A DNA stretch of 7,076 nucleotides from an uncultured virus (IMG/VR IMGVR_UViG_2061766007_000731) (Duplodnaviria; Heunggongvirae; Uroviricota; Caudoviricetes). The stretch is taken from IMG/VR virus record IMGVR_UViG_2061766007_000731; one strand, given 5' to 3'. The notes below the pieces were generated by a model that had not been told where the DNA came from, did no database searches, and worked only from the letters and a program-made list of their open reading frames with translations. Position 1 is the first letter of the stretch; the number at the start of each line of letters is the position of its first letter. Made by a program: the position numbers and the translations under genes. Positions 5,969-7,076 of the stretch are shown here, in pieces.

Positions 5969-6148
5969 TAATAATTGATTTTCGGTAAATCACTTACAAA
6001 TACGATGTGTTGAAGGAATGCTGTTAGATACCCAGACATGAAGACGAACTTTAGGATAAATTGCTTTACCGTCCTTGTTCTCCGGAACAACGTTGGAACA
6101 TTTGTCAATAAACCTTACAAAAATTCCTCTAAAATTTTTCTTATTCAT
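5969..6148 (-). CDS. Small hypothetical protein; 52 aa in standard code, or continuing into the gap if TGA=Trp
   Basis: ATG 6148 overlaps the upstream stop (GATGAATAA): MNKKNFRGIFVRFIDKCSNVVPENKDGKAIYPKVRLHVWVSNSIPSTHRICK*FTENQLL, TGA at 5992-5990. Confidence 0.6.
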
Positions 6149-6431
6149 CGATTTTATTTATTAAATTAATTAAATTTTTCTTAAGACGGGGTCTTGAATT
6201 AACAAAATCTTTAAATTGCCCATCATCATAAACCCTTCCATCATCATAACCGTTTAAATCTTTAACTAATTCAAGATTATATTTGTTAATTATTTTAGTT
6301 GCTATTTTATCGTCTAGATCAGTGATAGTAATTCCTTTACCGTTATTACTGATTTTAATATGGCAATATTTATATTTATTAACCGCTTCAGTTNNNNNNN
6401 NNNNNNNNNNNNNNNNNNNNNNNNNNNNNAT
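6141..6431 (-). CDS. Hypothetical protein, ~96 aa, missed by the ORF track because the start is masked
   Basis: Open frame 6392->6141: TEAVNKYKYCHIKISNNGKGITITDLDDKIATKIINKYNLELVKDLNGYDDGRVYDDGQFKDFVNSRPRLKKNLINLINKIDE-TAA. An in-frame ATN at 6431-6429 follows AAGGGA. Confidence 0.7.
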   Translation of the reverse strand, partial: XXXXXXXXXXXXXTEAVNKYKYCHIKISNNGKGITITDLDDKIATKIINKYNLELVKDLNGYDDGRVYDDGQFKDFVNSRPRLKKNLINLINKIDE

Positions 6432-6467
6432 TTAATCCCTTGTTTATTTTATAAATTTTTAAATATG

Positions 6468-6545
6468 TGGGAATGATCTGAATCGAACAGATGAAAATGC
6501 CCATCTTGTAAGGATGGCGGCTTAAACCAACTGGCCCACATTCCC
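6468..6545 (-). tRNA. trnV: tRNA-Val(UAC), uninterrupted
   Basis: GGGAATG/CATTCCC acceptor, D loop AGTTGGTTTAA, anticodon arm CCATC-CTTACAA-GATGG, T arm ATCTG-TTCGATT-CAGAT, discriminator A, 8-nt variable region. Confidence 0.92.
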
Positions 6546-6551
6546 ATAAAT

Positions 6552-7076
6552 TTGCAGAAACGATTAAACTGCAATGGACTCTTGCGTTACTATTATTCCA
6601 AAATTTAAATAACGTTTGATAATCCTTTTTTAGACAAAATTTGGATTTTTGTTCTAATCGAGTTTTTAAATATAAAATATAACATTTGACATCAAGTTCC
6701 TCGTAACTCACTGTTATATGAAATAATTATTAGAGGTTTGCTTTCATCTTGCTATACTTGATACGTCAAAATATCAAAAGTTATAGTAATTCAAATAGCA
6801 AGTTTCTTGAAAAATTAGCCCTTATTTCACTTCAATATAATTCGCCAATCATATTAAAGAACACTAATCTTCCTCAAATGCCCAATTCTTATCCTAAACT
6901 ACATTCGGATCCAGCTAAATTGAGTTAGCTCCTTTATTAACTCATTCGCATTAATAAAAGTTGTAATTTAATTTTTCTGGTTTCGCCGTTAACTATGTCT
7001 AGACTTATGGATTCAACAAAATAGTTTACTTTTTGCTAGATAGGATGTTATCCAGATATACCGTGTAATTAAGAAC
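6552..7076 (-). ncRNA. Candidate large structured non-coding RNA, probably extending beyond the window
   Basis: No credible ORF found. Dense inverted repeats at 6552-6557/6569-6574, 6621-6625/6643-6647, 6677-6684/6712-6719, 6748-6755/6795-6802 (inner 6758-6763/6772-6777), 6913-6918/6925-6930, 6933-6940/6951-6958, and long-range 6891-6896/7041-7046. Strand assumed from neighbours. Confidence 0.45.

Noticed and set aside
5969..6108. N-terminal part of the listed 156-aa ORF 5638..6108
   Set aside because: Probably an artificial join across the N gap; the ATG 6148 frame coupled to the upstream stop explains this stretch better.
6219..6250. Direct repeat TTATGATGATGG (two copies)
   Set aside because: A short in-frame YDDG duplication within a CDS, not a CRISPR or regulatory array.
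6388..6711. Listed 107-aa minus ORF
   Set aside because: It runs through tRNA-Val and the stem-rich region, with no recognisable protein features.

Overview
AT-rich, gap-containing window in which every credible gene is on the minus strand. It most resembles the tRNA region of a large gut/Bacteroidales-type phage; this origin is inferred. It holds an intact tRNA-Val(UAC) and a tRNA-Leu(UAA) split by a 601-nt ORF-less group I intron. A probable tRNA-Lys(UUU) is split at the same position (34/35) by a related group I intron encoding a PD-(D/E)XK homing endonuclease. A further tRNA 3' half has its anticodon loop fused directly to the stop codon of an HNH endonuclease gene, with no terminal G. 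Both nucleases and two other AT-rich ORFs contain in-frame TGA codons, at least one at a position where Trp is expected, which points to TGA=Trp recoding (code 4). A more GC-rich block of small phage genes (1071-3395) uses only TGG. The last ~520 nt look like a large structured non-coding RNA. N gaps hide two predicted tRNA 5' halves and several gene starts, and some gap lengths appear inexact.
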